From: Anaeromyxobacteraceae bacterium
GTDB taxonomy: Bacteria; Myxococcota; Myxococcia; Myxococcales; Anaeromyxobacteraceae
Direction of reading: 5' to 3'
Assembly (NCBI GenBank): GCA_032654565.1
Contig: JAULAX010000015.1
Coordinates: 640,001 to 704,000 of the forward strand
Length of the DNA: 64,000 nt
Of this stretch, positions 63,119-64,000 are shown piece after piece (positions within the stretch are counted from its first letter, which is position 1; every line of letters begins with the position of its first letter). The position numbers and the translations under genes were made by a program. The notes beneath the pieces are model-generated. The model had not been told where the DNA came from, ran no database searches, and saw nothing but the letters and a program-made list of their open reading frames with translations.

Positions 63119-64000
63119 ATGGCGAAGCGCATCTACGCCTTCGGCGGCGGCGCGGCCGAGGGGAGCCTGGAGCTGAAGGACCTGCTGGGCGGCAAGGGGG
63201 CGGGCCTGGCCGACATGTCGAGCCTGGGCATCCCGGTGCCGCCCGGGTTCACCATCACCACCGAGGTCTGCGCCGAGTACCGCCGGGCCGGCCAGCGGCT
63301 GCCCCGGGCGCTGGGGCCGGAGCTGCGGGCGGCGCTGGGCAAGGTGGAGCGGCTCACCGGCCGCGGGCTGGGGCGGCGCGACCGCCCGCTGCTGGTCTCG
63401 GTCCGCTCCGGGGCCCGGGTCTCGATGCCGGGCATGATGGACACCGTCCTCAACCTCGGCCTCAACGACGAGACGGTCGAGGGGCTGGCGGCGCTCACCG
63501 GCGACGCCCGCTTCGCCTGGGACAGCTACCGGCGCTTCTGCGCCATGTTCGGCGACGTGGTGCTGGGGCTCAAGGCCGAGCGCAAGGAGGACCGCGATCC
63601 CTTCGAGCAGCGGCTGGAGGCGAAGAAGCGGGCCGCCGGCGTCGGCGCCGACTGGGAGCTGCCGGTGGAGGCGCTGCGCGAGCTGGTGGGGGAGTTCAAG
63701 GCCGAGATCCGCGCCCGCACCGGCCGCGACCTGCCGGCCGATCCCATGGAGCAGCTGCGCCTGGCGGTGGGCGCCGTCTTCAGCTCCTGGGACAACGACC
63801 GCGCCGACGCCTACCGGGCCCTCAACCACATCCCCTCGAGCTGGGGCACCGCGGTCACGGTGCAGGCCATGGTCTTCGGCAACCTCGGCGAGGACTCCGG
63901 CACCGGCGTGGCCTTCACCCGCAACCCGGCCACCGGCGTGGACGAGTTCTACGGGGAGTTCCTGGTCAACGCCCAGGGCGAGGACGTGGTGGCCGGCACC
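63119..64000 (+). CDS. ppdK: pyruvate, phosphate dikinase (runs off window)
   Basis: Manual translation: LLGGKGAGLADM, VPPGFTITT, SVRSGARVSMPGMMDTVLNLG and NAQGEDVVAG. Confidence 0.95.
   Translation, partial: MAKRIYAFGGGAAEGSLELKDLLGGKGAGLADMSSLGIPVPPGFTITTEVCAEYRRAGQRLPRALGPELRAALGKVERLTGRGLGRRDRPLLVSVRSGARVSMPGMMDTVLNLGLNDETVEGLAALTGDARFAWDSYRRFCAMFGDVVLGLKAERKEDRDPFEQRLEAKKRAAGVGADWELPVEALRELVGEFKAEIRARTGRDLPADPMEQLRLAVGAVFSSWDNDRADAYRALNHIPSSWGTAVTVQAMVFGNLGEDSGTGVAFTRNPATGVDEFYGEFLVNAQGEDVVAGT

Overview
Very GC-rich window from an Anaeromyxobacter-like Myxococcota bacterium (inferred from gene content and composition). It is mostly housekeeping and envelope genes: menaquinone/isoprenoid genes (ubiE/menG-like, ubiD-like, polyprenyl synthetase), a repeat-rich surface lipoprotein, PhoX and PhoD phosphatases, truA, clpB, a liv-type ABC transporter, gpsA, peptidases, a complete trpEGDCFBA operon, a divergent class III cyclase-like protein, a triple-DsbA gene with a one-base frameshift, a TusA/tRNA-thiolase pair, a PIN toxin-antitoxin pair, SulP and ppdK. 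The standout observation is at the 5' end of trpE. The first ATG downstream of a well-spaced promoter opens a 10-codon leader ([10 protein letters not shown]). Its ACG GTG TTT CTT TGG C core mimics the prfB +1 frameshift cassette (AGG GGG TAT CTT TGA C), with a Trp codon in place of the stop, and trpE continues in exactly the +1 frame. This suggests a tryptophan-starvation-gated programmed +1 ribosomal frameshift controlling a fully translationally coupled trp operon; it is an inference and is untested. A small, more AT-rich patch at about 28.2-29.0 kb carries paired 64-bp palindromic repeats around an orphan antitoxin-like gene. No rRNA, tRNA, CRISPR array or intact mobile element was recognised.
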